NCBI GenBank assembly: GCA_963829525.1
Contig: CAWHIJ010000003.1
Span: 512,001 to 576,000 of the forward strand
DNA: 64,000 bases
DNA from: an uncultured Actinomycetota bacterium
Lineage (GTDB): Bacteria; Actinomycetota; Actinomycetes; JAHEKZ01
Reading direction: 5' to 3'
The translations under genes were made by a program, and so were the position numbers. The notes beneath the pieces were generated by a model. That model was given only the letters and a program-made list of their open reading frames with translations. It had not been told where the DNA came from and searched no databases. Shown here piece after piece: positions 9,835-19,273 of this stretch. Within the stretch, counting starts at the first letter, position 1; every line of letters begins with the position of its first letter.

Positions 9835-10890
9835 ATGTCGTACGCAACTGCCCGTCCGCTCCTGGTCACCGCTGACGGTGGCCTTCAGGACGCCGTCCTC
9901 GCTGTGGCCTCTGAGGCGCAGGTCGAGGTGGCTGTGGCCGCCGAGGTCGGTGCCGCAGCAGCTCTTTGGGCGACAGCCCCGCTCGTGCTCCTTGACGTTG
10001 GCTTGGTCGAGTCAGCCCTTCGCACCCTGCCGGTGCCGCGTCCGGGTCTTGTCGTCGTGTCACGAAACATCGAGGACCCGGCTGTGTGGCGGCGACTCGT
10101 GGCGGTGGGGGCCGAGCAAGTGGTCGAGCTGCCGCAAGGCGCCCCTTGGCTCTTTGAGCGCTTCGGCCGCAGCCTGGAGTCTGACCCCACAGCGGACCTC
10201 GTCGTGGTCGCCGGAGCCGTTGGAGGAGCTGGCGCAAGCACGCTCTCAGCGGCCCTGGCCCAGCACGCGCTGGCGTCGCAGTCACGCGCGGTGCTGGTCG
10301 ATCTGGACCCTCTCGGGGGCGGACTCGACCTGATGCTCGGGGCCGAGGGTGCCGCAGGGGCACGTTGGGACGAGCTAGCCGGCGTCACCGGCAGGGTCGA
10401 CGACCGAATCCTGGTCGATGCCCTCCCCACCTGTGGCGGCCTGCCACTGCTCAGCTGGCCCACCGACAGCGACCTCGAGCCCGGGCCATCGGCGGTGGGC
10501 CAGGTGCTGGACGCCCTGTGTCGCCGGCCAGGCGTCGTGGTGGTCGATGCTGGCCGGGCCGATGACCAGCGAGCGGCTGTTGCGCTGGCCAAGTGCCGGC
10601 AGCTCGTGCTCGTCGTGCCGCTTCGGGTGCGGGCCGTCGCTGCGGCTCGGCGGATGCTCCACCGGTTGCCTGCTCACATATCACCCGTGGTCGTTGCTCG
10701 TGAGCCGGGCCCAGGCGGTCTGTCGCCTGACGACTTGGCGATGGCGCTCGGGGTGACAGTGACGGTGACGCTGTTCGACGACCGTAGACGCGCTGCCAAC
10801 GAAGAGCTGGGTGGCCCACCGCCATCGTCGTCAGCATGGCGGCGCGTGTGTGGCGCACTTCTCGAGGCTCGGGCTGAGGCAGCGGCCTGA
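9835..10890 (+). CDS. ssd: Septum site-determining protein Ssd (CpaE/MinD-like)
   Basis: GAVGGAGASTL, LVDLDPLGGGLD; GAGGAGG RBS; first gene of the Tad cluster. Confidence 0.88.
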   Translation: MSYATARPLLVTADGGLQDAVLAVASEAQVEVAVAAEVGAAAALWATAPLVLLDVGLVESALRTLPVPRPGLVVVSRNIEDPAVWRRLVAVGAEQVVELPQGAPWLFERFGRSLESDPTADLVVVAGAVGGAGASTLSAALAQHALASQSRAVLVDLDPLGGGLDLMLGAEGAAGARWDELAGVTGRVDDRILVDALPTCGGLPLLSWPTDSDLEPGPSAVGQVLDALCRRPGVVVVDAGRADDQRAAVALAKCRQLVLVVPLRVRAVAAARRMLHRLPAHISPVVVAREPGPGGLSPDDLAMALGVTVTVTLFDDRRRAANEELGGPPPSSSAWRRVCGALLEARAEAAA

Positions 10891-10892
10891 CC

Positions 10893-12032
10893 GTGAGCAT
10901 CTCCGCTGATGTTCGTCGCTCGCTGTTGCTGGACGCCCGAATCGTTGATGCCAAGTCCGTGCGAGAAGTCGTCCGCGCAACCGGGCACGTCGTGGATGAC
11001 CTCGGCCTCAGGCGACTCACGTCCTCGCTCTCTGCTGACCTTCAGGGATTTGGTCCGCTCGAGCCCCTGCTCGCCGACGCATCCGTCACCGACGTCACCG
11101 TCAACGGCGCAGCCGAGGTGTGGGCCGACCGTGGCAACGGCATGCACCTCACCCCGATCCGGTTCGCCGATGACGGATCGGTCCGGCGTCTGGCCCAGCG
11201 TTTGGCGAGTTCGGCTGGTCGTCGTTTCGATGAGGCCGCGCCGTTCGTCGATGCTCCACTTCCCCACGGTGTTCGGCTGCACGCGATGTTGCCGCCCCTG
11301 GCTGACCGCATCAGCTTGGTGCTACGGATCCCTCGACACCGAGCCTGGTCCTTGGCCGACCTGGTGGCGGTGGGAATGGTCGCCCCTGGCCTGGAGCCGG
11401 CGCTTCGTCTACTCATCGAGCAACGACGGACCTTCTTGGTCACCGGCGGCACGGGATCGGGTAAGACGACGCTGCTGAATGCGTTGCTCGGAGTAGTTGC
11501 CGCAGATGAGCGTCTCGTCGTCGTTGAGGACACCCGTGAGCTGGCGCCGCAGCATCCACATGTCGTCCTGCTCCAGACACGCCCCCCGAACATCGAGGGT
11601 GCCGGCGCGGTGTCGATGCAAGACCTCGTGCGACAAACCCTGCGCATGCGACCGGATCGAGTAGTCGTCGGCGAGGTACGGGGTGCTGAAGTCGTTGACC
11701 TGTTGACCGCTTTCAACACCGGACATGACGGGGGTTGCGGAACTGTGCATGCGAACTCGGCCCACGACCTCATGCCGCGTCTTGAGGCTCTTGCGGGTCT
11801 CGGTGGCTTGGCCCGCGAGGCGTTGCACCGACTCGTCGCTGCAGCGATCGAAGCTGTGGTGCATCTGGAGCGCGCCCCTGACGGCCAACGCTACGTGTCC
11901 ACAATCGCGACAGTGGTCGATGGAGGCGCGTCGGTTGGGATCCGGGCCGGACTCGGCGCGACCGCGGACGGGGTCGTCGTCGACCCCGACGCTGCTGATC
12001 TTCTTCGCGTCACGAATGCGGCGCGAAGGTGA
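10893..12032 (+). CDS. tadA: TadA/CpaF pilus assembly ATPase
   Basis: GGTGSGKTT, LRMRPDRVVVGEVRG, NTGHDG. Confidence 0.93.
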   Translation: MSISADVRRSLLLDARIVDAKSVREVVRATGHVVDDLGLRRLTSSLSADLQGFGPLEPLLADASVTDVTVNGAAEVWADRGNGMHLTPIRFADDGSVRRLAQRLASSAGRRFDEAAPFVDAPLPHGVRLHAMLPPLADRISLVLRIPRHRAWSLADLVAVGMVAPGLEPALRLLIEQRRTFLVTGGTGSGKTTLLNALLGVVAADERLVVVEDTRELAPQHPHVVLLQTRPPNIEGAGAVSMQDLVRQTLRMRPDRVVVGEVRGAEVVDLLTAFNTGHDGGCGTVHANSAHDLMPRLEALAGLGGLAREALHRLVAAAIEAVVHLERAPDGQRYVSTIATVVDGGASVGIRAGLGATADGVVVDPDAADLLRVTNAARR

Positions 12033-12715
12033 GCGTCCCTGCACTCATCGCTGCTCTTGCCGCCGGTCTAGCTGCCTGGTGGTGGGCGCCGATACCCGCT
12101 CGTCGTGGGCCATTGCGCGAGCTGGGCAACCCCGCCGCCGGACGGATACCGGCACTGATCCGCTGGAGGTGGCGCCGAGCGTGCGGCTCGCATGCCCGAA
12201 CAGTCGGGGCATTGACCGCTGCGCTTGCTAGCGAGCTGCGATCGGGTCGGTCGCCCGACCAGGCGTTGAAGTCGGTCCTCAGTGGGTGGTCGGGCGAACT
12301 CCCTGGCCGATATGTCCCTGAGGCGGACATCGTCACCCTGCTGACTCGCTGGTCGCGGGTGCGCGGCTGGGGCGGACTGGCTGCTGTCGCCATCTGCTGG
12401 CGGGTCGCCGATTCGACGGGTGCCGGTCTTGCCGATGCACTGGACCGGATCGGTGAGGCGATGGGCCACGAACATGAGATTGCTGCCGAGGTCGACGGAC
12501 AACTTGCCTCCGTCCGCGCCACGGCGTCTGTGCTGGCCACGTTGCCGGCGGTCGCGGTGGCGTTGGGCCATCTGCTCGGTGCCAAACCCCTCTCGGTGCT
12601 GCTGGGGAGCTCGATCGGGATCGCCTGTCTGGTCGTTGGCGCCACGCTTGCCTCGGTCGGCTGGTGGTGGCTCACCCATCAGGTTGAGTCGGCGAGAAGG
12701 ACGCTGCGGTGGTGA
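12029..12715 (+). CDS. tadB: TadB-like (T2SS F family) platform protein
   Basis: ELRSG...GAGLADALD; TM helices; operon position. Confidence 0.8.
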   Translation: MSVPALIAALAAGLAAWWWAPIPARRGPLRELGNPAAGRIPALIRWRWRRACGSHARTVGALTAALASELRSGRSPDQALKSVLSGWSGELPGRYVPEADIVTLLTRWSRVRGWGGLAAVAICWRVADSTGAGLADALDRIGEAMGHEHEIAAEVDGQLASVRATASVLATLPAVAVALGHLLGAKPLSVLLGSSIGIACLVVGATLASVGWWWLTHQVESARRTLRW

Positions 12716-13413
12716 TCGCCCTGTCACTCGTTGCCGCGATTCTGGCCGCGCTCGCGGTCGCGTCATGGCAGCCGGCGACAGGTCTCGTCCGGGGGCGCGT
12801 CGTCCCGGCGTCGTCGATCGGTCGAGGCCGAGTGTCCCCCTGGGTGGCGCCCCTCGGTGCTGGGTTGGCAGGCGTGCTGGTGGTTGACGGTCCCCTCGGT
12901 CTGGTGGTCGGCGCGGTACTGGCCGTCATCGCTGCCCGGCACAAACGGCGCTCGTTGGCTGAGCCGGATCGTGTTGTCGCCGCAACACGCACCTTGGAGC
13001 TACCAATCGCAGTGGAGGTCCTCGCATCATGTCTGGCGATCGGTGCAACACAACAGCAGGCGTTGCATGCGGCCGGCGGTGGTTTGGGCGGCTCCCTTGC
13101 TGCGGACTTCTCGCGCGTCGCCGGTGCGCTTGGAGTGGGAGCAGACGTTGGAGAGGCCTGGTCTCTCGTTCCGTCGACCGACCTCCGGTCTCTGGCCGCA
13201 GTCCTCGGTCGAGCTCACTTCACTGGTGCGCCCGTGGCGACACAGCTGTGGTCGCTCGCCGATCAGCACCGGCAGCTGGCCCGCGTCGTGGCTATGGACG
13301 CAGCACGAACGCTAGGAGTCCGCTCCACGGGGCCGCTCGGCCTCTGCTTCCTTCCGGCGTTTGTTCTGATCGCGGTTGTGCCGTTGGTTCTGTCGCTGCT
13401 CCAGGTGACCTAA
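12709..13413 (+). CDS. tadC: TadC-like (T2SS F family) platform protein
   Basis: PLGLCFLPAFVLIAVVP C-terminal signature. Confidence 0.82.
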   Translation: MVIALSLVAAILAALAVASWQPATGLVRGRVVPASSIGRGRVSPWVAPLGAGLAGVLVVDGPLGLVVGAVLAVIAARHKRRSLAEPDRVVAATRTLELPIAVEVLASCLAIGATQQQALHAAGGGLGGSLAADFSRVAGALGVGADVGEAWSLVPSTDLRSLAAVLGRAHFTGAPVATQLWSLADQHRQLARVVAMDAARTLGVRSTGPLGLCFLPAFVLIAVVPLVLSLLQVT

Positions 13414-13554
13414 CAGTTATGCACATGCCGGTGAGCCACGAGTTGTCCGCAACGTGACAAAGGCGACCGATTACCTGTCGTTCAACGCGTCACCCTTCCA
13501 TCGCGGTCGGCCAGATCGTCCGTCCCGACCGGCTGTCGGACTCCTGGAGGAACC

Positions 13555-13734
13555 ATGATCGACAAGGTGCGGCGACGGCTAGGAGGCGATGACGGGATGA
13601 CGACCGCCGAGTACGCGGTCGGGACCGTTGCGGCGTGCGGTTTCGCGGGGACCCTGCTTGAGCTACTCGGAAGTGACTGGGTGCAAGAGCTGCTCAAGAA
13701 CGTGATCGACAGTGCGTTCAGCTTCCTCTTCTGA
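13555..13734 (+). CDS. Flp pilin (DUF4244), 59 aa, absent from the ORF track
   Basis: MIDKVRRRLGGDDG|MTTAEYAVGTVAACGFAG...; G|xxxxEY prepilin motif; GGAGG RBS. Confidence 0.92.
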   Translation: MIDKVRRRLGGDDGMTTAEYAVGTVAACGFAGTLLELLGSDWVQELLKNVIDSAFSFLF

Positions 13735-13741
13735 TCGCGTC

Positions 13742-14116
13742 GTGGTGCGGTCGGCCAGGTGGGCCGGCCGCACCGGCGAACAGGGCATGGTGACCGCTGA
13801 GCTTGCGGCGGCCCTTCCTGCGCTCGTGCTGGTGGTGTCGCTTCTGCTCGCAGTGGTGGGAGCCGCCTCGGACGCCTCGCGTACGTCTGAAGCAGCCCGG
13901 TCGGCAGCCCGTGCCGCATCTGTGGGAACGGATGAAGCAACCGTGGCGGCGCAGGCAAAGCGGCTTGCACCAGGCGGCGCCTCGATTCAGATCTGGGTTG
14001 ATGGCCCATGGGTGCGGGTCGAGGTGGTTGCGCCCCCTCGCCATTGGGGTCCCATACAGCTGCCTGCGCCACGGACAACTGCAGCGGCGCTGGTTGAGTC
14101 GGGCGTGGTTCTCTGA
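13742..14116 (+). CDS. TadE-like minor pilin
   Basis: EQG|MVTAELAAALP; AARSAAR; start approximate. Confidence 0.82.
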   Translation: MVRSARWAGRTGEQGMVTAELAAALPALVLVVSLLLAVVGAASDASRTSEAARSAARAASVGTDEATVAAQAKRLAPGGASIQIWVDGPWVRVEVVAPPRHWGPIQLPAPRTTAAALVESGVVL

Positions 14117-14466
14117 TGCGTGACGAATCGGGGTCGGCGACGGTCTACGTGATAAGTGCTGTTGCGCTTCTTGCAGCCGTATCACTTCCCGTGGCCGTTG
14201 TCGCGAACGGTTTCGCAGTACATCGGCGCGCGGTGCTCGCTGCCGATCTTTCCGCACTCGGCGGCGCACAGGCATCGCTCCATGACCAGTCGGTGGCGTG
14301 CTCCGCGGCGTCGCAGGTTGCGGTCGTCAACGGAGCCAGCCTGCAGAGCTGCACGCTTTCGGGAAGTGCACTCACCGTCGAGGTGACGATTGCGACGTCG
14401 CTCTCCTTCTTGCCAGAGGTCAGCGCAACCGCGCGAGCCGGTGTCAGACCGCAACCGTCACTGTGA
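14116..14466 (+). CDS. Rv3654c-family TadE-like protein
   Basis: DESG|SATV, AADLSALGGA, two Cys, ATARAG. Confidence 0.85.
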   Translation: MRDESGSATVYVISAVALLAAVSLPVAVVANGFAVHRRAVLAADLSALGGAQASLHDQSVACSAASQVAVVNGASLQSCTLSGSALTVEVTIATSLSFLPEVSATARAGVRPQPSL

Positions 14467-16764
14467 TGGCACCACTAGCTCGAGCAGCAACAGCGCTGCG
14501 GCTTTGTCGAGAGGCTCGTTGCCGTTTCCGCACTTCGGTGATTGGACGCAAGAAGGACATCCTTCAGGGCACTCGCAGTCGGTAATCGTCTGACGGGTCG
14601 CAGCCAGCCACTCAGTGGCAGCCGCGTACCCATGCTCGGCGAAACCCGCACCACCGGCGGCTCCGTCGTACACGAACACGCTCGGCACTCCGGTGTCCGG
14701 GTGGTTGGCAGTCGAAACACCACCGATGTCCCATCGATCACAGATGGCAAAGAGTGGGAGCAGCCCGATGCTGGCGTGCTCTGCCGCGTGCAGGGCTCCC
14801 GGCAGGTCCGCCGGCTCGATTCCCATGGTCGTCGTCGCCGAGTCCGGAAGGGTCCACCACACCGCTCGGGTGCGGAGGGTTCGAGGTGGAAGGTCGAGCA
14901 AGTCCTCACCCAGCACCTCGCCGGAGATGACGCGCCGCCGGAGGAACGACACCACGTGGCGCGTGACTTCGACCGATCCGAAACAGAGTGTCGCCAAACC
15001 GAGCGGCGATCGTCGATCGGTTTCCAGGACCCGGATCTCAGTCAGCTCGCGGGCCGACGTGGTGTAGTCGGGATCGGCAGCGTCCACAAGTGCGACGGAG
15101 TCATCGAGGTCGAGATTGCGCACAACGTAGCTCTCACCCTGGTGAACGTAGATCGCACCTGCATGAACAGTCGTGTGGGATGACCCTGGATCGACGGTGC
15201 CGAGCACCCGTCCTGTGGTGCTCTCGACGACGCGCACCGGGGTCCCTCCGATTCCGCGGAGGTCGGCGAGGTCGGTAGCGCGTTCCCGTCTGGTCCAGAA
15301 CCATCCAGCGCTGCGCCGACGGAGCCAGCCCCGCTCGACGAGAGCGTCGAGAAGCTCCGCAGTGCCCTCTCCGAAGAGCGCCAGGTCGTCGGTGGTGAGT
15401 GGTAGCTCGGCGGCGGCGGCAGCCAAGTGTGGGCCGAGCACGTATGGGTTCTGCGGGTCGAAGACGGTTGCCTCGACAGGTTGTCCAAAGATCGCGTCCG
15501 GGTGGTGCACCAGATACGTGTCAAGGGGGTCGTCGCGAGCGACCAGGATGGCCAGTGCACCTTGGCCAGCGCGACCCGCCCGACCGGCCTGCTGCCAGAG
15601 GGAGGCGCGGGTTCCGGGCCAGCCGGCGAGCAGCACCGCGTCGAGCCCCGCCACATCGATGCCGAGCTCTAGGGCGTTCGTGGCTGCGACGGCGCGTAGG
15701 TCGCCCGAGGTGAGGCGCTTCTCCAGTAGGCGGCGTTCTTCGGGCAGAAAGCCTGCGCGGTAGGCAGCGACAGATCGAGAGAGGTCGGGGTCTACTTCTT
15801 CGAGAGCGTGGCGGGCCAGGAGCGAGACCACCTCCGCACCACGTCTTGAACGGACGAAGGCCAAGGTGCGCGCGTCGTCGACCACCAGATCGGTCAGCAG
15901 AGACGCCACCTCGGCGGCTGCCGTTCGACGGATCGGAGCGCCCCGTTCCCCGTGCAGTTCCGTGAACGGCGGCTCCCAGAGGGCGAAGACGGTCTCACCT
16001 CGAGGCGAGGCATCGTCGGTGACCGAAGCACATCGAACGCCGGTCAACCGCTCAGCCGTGACTTCGGGGTCTGATGCCGTCGCAGACGCCAACACGAAGA
16101 TCGGGTGCGAGCCGTAGCGCGCTGCAATGCGACGAAGTCGGCGGATGACGGCCGCGACGTGTGCGCCGAAGAGCCCGCGGTAGTGGTGCATCTCGTCGAT
16201 GACGATGTAGCGGAGCCGGCGTAGGAACGATGCCCAGCGGGAGTGGCCCGGGAGCATCGAGTGATGCAGCATGTCAGGGTTGGTGAGGACGACGTTGGCG
16301 TAGTTGCGCACCCACTCGCGCTCCTCACTGGGCGTGTCTCCGTCGTAGGTGGCGACGCGAAGCCCATCGACTGAGAGCGCGTCGATGCGCCGTCGTTGGT
16401 CGGCGGCGAGCGCTTTGGTGGGACTGAGATAGAGCACGGTTGCTCCACGCTCGACTCCCTCGTCGCGGCTGGTCAGGACCTCATGAACTGCCGGCATGAG
16501 GTAGGCGAGCGACTTGCCGGACGCCGTTCCCGTCGAGATCACAACCGAACGCCCCGCGTGAGCGAGGTCAGCGACGTCCGACTGGTGCTGCCAGGGGGCG
16601 GCAATCCCCGTAGCGGTGAGGGCTTCTCGCAGCTGTGGATGGAGCCAGGCCGGCCATGGAGCTGTGCGTCCGAGGCGCTCGGGCAGCCTCTCGACGTGGG
16701 TGAGCCGCTCCGCCCGGTCGCCCACTGACGCCAGGCGCGCGAGCAGTGCGTCCGGATCCGGCAT
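14458..16764 (-). CDS. DEAD/DEAH helicase with DUF1998 (Rv3649/SftH, Hrq1/MrfA-like)
   Basis: TGTASGKS, DEMH, SAT, QQAGRAGR; C-terminal CECPEGCPSC. Confidence 0.93.
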   Translation of the reverse strand: MPDPDALLARLASVGDRAERLTHVERLPERLGRTAPWPAWLHPQLREALTATGIAAPWQHQSDVADLAHAGRSVVISTGTASGKSLAYLMPAVHEVLTSRDEGVERGATVLYLSPTKALAADQRRRIDALSVDGLRVATYDGDTPSEEREWVRNYANVVLTNPDMLHHSMLPGHSRWASFLRRLRYIVIDEMHHYRGLFGAHVAAVIRRLRRIAARYGSHPIFVLASATASDPEVTAERLTGVRCASVTDDASPRGETVFALWEPPFTELHGERGAPIRRTAAAEVASLLTDLVVDDARTLAFVRSRRGAEVVSLLARHALEEVDPDLSRSVAAYRAGFLPEERRLLEKRLTSGDLRAVAATNALELGIDVAGLDAVLLAGWPGTRASLWQQAGRAGRAGQGALAILVARDDPLDTYLVHHPDAIFGQPVEATVFDPQNPYVLGPHLAAAAAELPLTTDDLALFGEGTAELLDALVERGWLRRRSAGWFWTRRERATDLADLRGIGGTPVRVVESTTGRVLGTVDPGSSHTTVHAGAIYVHQGESYVVRNLDLDDSVALVDAADPDYTTSARELTEIRVLETDRRSPLGLATLCFGSVEVTRHVVSFLRRRVISGEVLGEDLLDLPPRTLRTRAVWWTLPDSATTTMGIEPADLPGALHAAEHASIGLLPLFAICDRWDIGGVSTANHPDTGVPSVFVYDGAAGGAGFAEHGYAAATEWLAATRQTITDCECPEGCPSCVQSPKCGNGNEPLDKAAALLLLELVVPSQ

Positions 16765-16942
16765 GTGCACAGTCTGGCAAGGGCGGGCCTCCCACGGGGC
16801 GTAACCGACCTGTGACCATTCTGAGTACATCCTCAGGCAGCGACTCGCCCGGAATCCTTACGGAATCGCGTGGCCCCTGAATAGACTCCCGAGCGGCCCG
16901 CCTGGCGCATGGCCCGGCTGTGCCCGCCCTCGAGGAGGATTG

Positions 16943-19273
16943 ATGTCGTTGCTCGCCATGGGACAGGTCTCGATCGACCTGACTTCCCAGCAGCTCACCT
17001 ACGTCGCGATCGTCGCGCTGATCGCGGTCGCCGCGATCGTGTTTGCCGGTGTGCTCGTTCGTCAGGTGCTCGCCGCGCCTGAAGGAACCGAGCGCATGCA
17101 GGAGATCGCCAGGGCCGTGCAAGAGGGAGCGTCGGCGTACCTGGCCCGACAGTTCCGCACCTTGGCCGTATTCGCGGTCGTCGTGTTCTTCCTCCTCTAC
17201 CTCCTTCCGGCTGACACCACGTCTTTGAAGGTCGGCCGCTCCATCTTCTTCATCATCGGTGCTCTCTTCTCGGCAGTGACCGGGTACGTGGGTATGTGGC
17301 TCGCGGTCAGGGCCAACGTCCGTGTAGCAGCGGCCGCCCGCGACGGTGGTGAGCAGTCGGCGATGAAGATCGGCATCCGCACCGGTGGCGTAGCAGGTAT
17401 GTTCACCGTCGGACTTGGCCTGCTCGGCGCGGCCACGGTGGTGCTCATCTACCAGGGCGACGCACCCGTCGTCCTCGAAGGTTTTGGTTTCGGCGCGGCG
17501 ATGCTCGCGATGTTCATGCGTGTTGGTGGCGGAATCTTCACGAAGGCTGCCGACGTCGGCGCCGACCTGGTGGGCAAGGTTGAGCAGGGCATCCCCGAGG
17601 ACGACCCACGCAACGCCGCCACGATCGCCGACAACGTCGGGGATAACGTCGGGGACTGCGCCGGCATGGCAGCCGACCTCTTCGAGTCCTACGCCGTCAC
17701 CCTCGTTGCCGCCTTGATTCTGGGCAAGGCGGCCTTCGGGGACATCGGTTTGGTGTTCCCGCTGATCGTTCCCGCGATCGGTGTCATCACCGCCGTGATC
17801 GGCATCATGTCGATCGTCCCGCGTCCCGGCGACAGGTCTGGCATGACGGCCATCACACGCGGCTTCTTCATCTCGGCCGCTGTCTCGGCCGTACTGGTCA
17901 TCGGAGCGTCATTCTGGCTCATCCCGGCGCGCGCGGTCGACCTCACGGGTGTGGTGGTCGGGGCGGACAGCGCCGTGTTCGCTGCTGTCAACGTCGAGAC
18001 GTACAGCCTACGGGCTCTGACGATTGGGGCCGTGCTCATCGGCATCGTGCTGGCAGCTGCAATCCAACAGCTGACCGGGTACTTCACCGAGACGAACCGC
18101 CGCCCGGTCGACGACGTCGCCAAGTCGTCGCTCACTGGCCCCGCGACGGTCATCTTGTCGGGTATCTCGTTGGGCCTTGAGTCCGCCGTCTACTCCGCAC
18201 TCCTCATTGGGGCGGCCGTCTACGGAGCCTTCCTCCTCGGTGCTGGGTCGATCACCCTCGCGCTCTTCGCGGTCGCCTTGGCAGGAACCGGGTTGCTGAC
18301 CACAGTCGGTGTCATAGTTGCGATGGACACCTTCGGACCGGTCTCCGACAACGCGCAGGGAATCGCGGAGATGTCCGGGGACGTCGACGGTGAGGGCGCC
18401 CAGATACTCACCAGCCTCGACGCGGTGGGAAACACCACCAAGGCAATCACCAAGGGCATCGCGATCGCCACGGCCGTCCTTGCTGCCACCGCCCTGTTCG
18501 GCTCGTTCCGTGAGGGGATCTTGACCGCAGCCAATGACGCAGGTGGTGCGGCGCTCCTGGCGCTGCCGGAGATCGACATCTCGCAATATGCGGGAATCAT
18601 TGACGTCTCCAACCCGCGCAACCTCGTCGGCCTGCTGATCGGTGCAGCGGTTGTCTTCCTGTTCTCCGGTCTGGCCATCAACGCGGTTTCCCGCGCCGCC
18701 GGAGCAGTGATCTTCGAGGTGCGTCGGCAGTTCCGCGAGCACCCCGGGATCATGGACTACAGCGAGCGTCCCCAGTACGGCAAGGTCGTGGACATCGTGA
18801 CCCGAGACTCACTCCGTGAGCTGGCGACGCCGGGTCTGCTCGCGGTGCTGACCCCCATCGCCGTCGGTTTCGGTCTGGGCGTCGGTGCGCTCGGCGCCTT
18901 CCTGGCCGGAACGATTGCTACTGGACTGCTGATGGCGATCTTCCTGGCGAACTCCGGTGGCGCGTGGGACAACGCCAAGAAGTTCGTCGAGGACGGCAAC
19001 TACGGGGGCAAGGGGTCTGAACCCCACGAGGCCACCGTCATCGGTGACACGGTTGGGGACCCGTTCAAGGACACTGCCGGTCCGGCGATCAACCCGCTGA
19101 TCAAGGTGATGAACCTCGTCGCGTTGTTGATTGCTCCCGCGGTTGTCCAGCTCTCGGTCGGTGACGACCAGAACACAGCGCTACGTGTTCTCATCGCTCT
19201 GGCCGCTGTCATCGTCGTCGTTGGTGCCGTCGTCGTCAGCAAGAGAAGGAGCATCACGGTCGGCGAGGAGTGA
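16943..19273 (+). CDS. hppA: Membrane-bound pyrophosphatase, predicted K+-independent H+-translocating type
   Basis: GGGIFTKAADVGADLVGKVE, DNVGDNVGD, GNTTKA, GDTVGDPFKD. Confidence 0.95.
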   Translation: MSLLAMGQVSIDLTSQQLTYVAIVALIAVAAIVFAGVLVRQVLAAPEGTERMQEIARAVQEGASAYLARQFRTLAVFAVVVFFLLYLLPADTTSLKVGRSIFFIIGALFSAVTGYVGMWLAVRANVRVAAAARDGGEQSAMKIGIRTGGVAGMFTVGLGLLGAATVVLIYQGDAPVVLEGFGFGAAMLAMFMRVGGGIFTKAADVGADLVGKVEQGIPEDDPRNAATIADNVGDNVGDCAGMAADLFESYAVTLVAALILGKAAFGDIGLVFPLIVPAIGVITAVIGIMSIVPRPGDRSGMTAITRGFFISAAVSAVLVIGASFWLIPARAVDLTGVVVGADSAVFAAVNVETYSLRALTIGAVLIGIVLAAAIQQLTGYFTETNRRPVDDVAKSSLTGPATVILSGISLGLESAVYSALLIGAAVYGAFLLGAGSITLALFAVALAGTGLLTTVGVIVAMDTFGPVSDNAQGIAEMSGDVDGEGAQILTSLDAVGNTTKAITKGIAIATAVLAATALFGSFREGILTAANDAGGAALLALPEIDISQYAGIIDVSNPRNLVGLLIGAAVVFLFSGLAINAVSRAAGAVIFEVRRQFREHPGIMDYSERPQYGKVVDIVTRDSLRELATPGLLAVLTPIAVGFGLGVGALGAFLAGTIATGLLMAIFLANSGGAWDNAKKFVEDGNYGGKGSEPHEATVIGDTVGDPFKDTAGPAINPLIKVMNLVALLIAPAVVQLSVGDDQNTALRVLIALAAVIVVVGAVVVSKRRSITVGEE

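Noticed and set aside
9835-14466. Conjugative transfer system
   Set aside because: This is the conserved chromosomal ssd-Tad/Flp pilus locus; no relaxase, coupling protein or VirB4.
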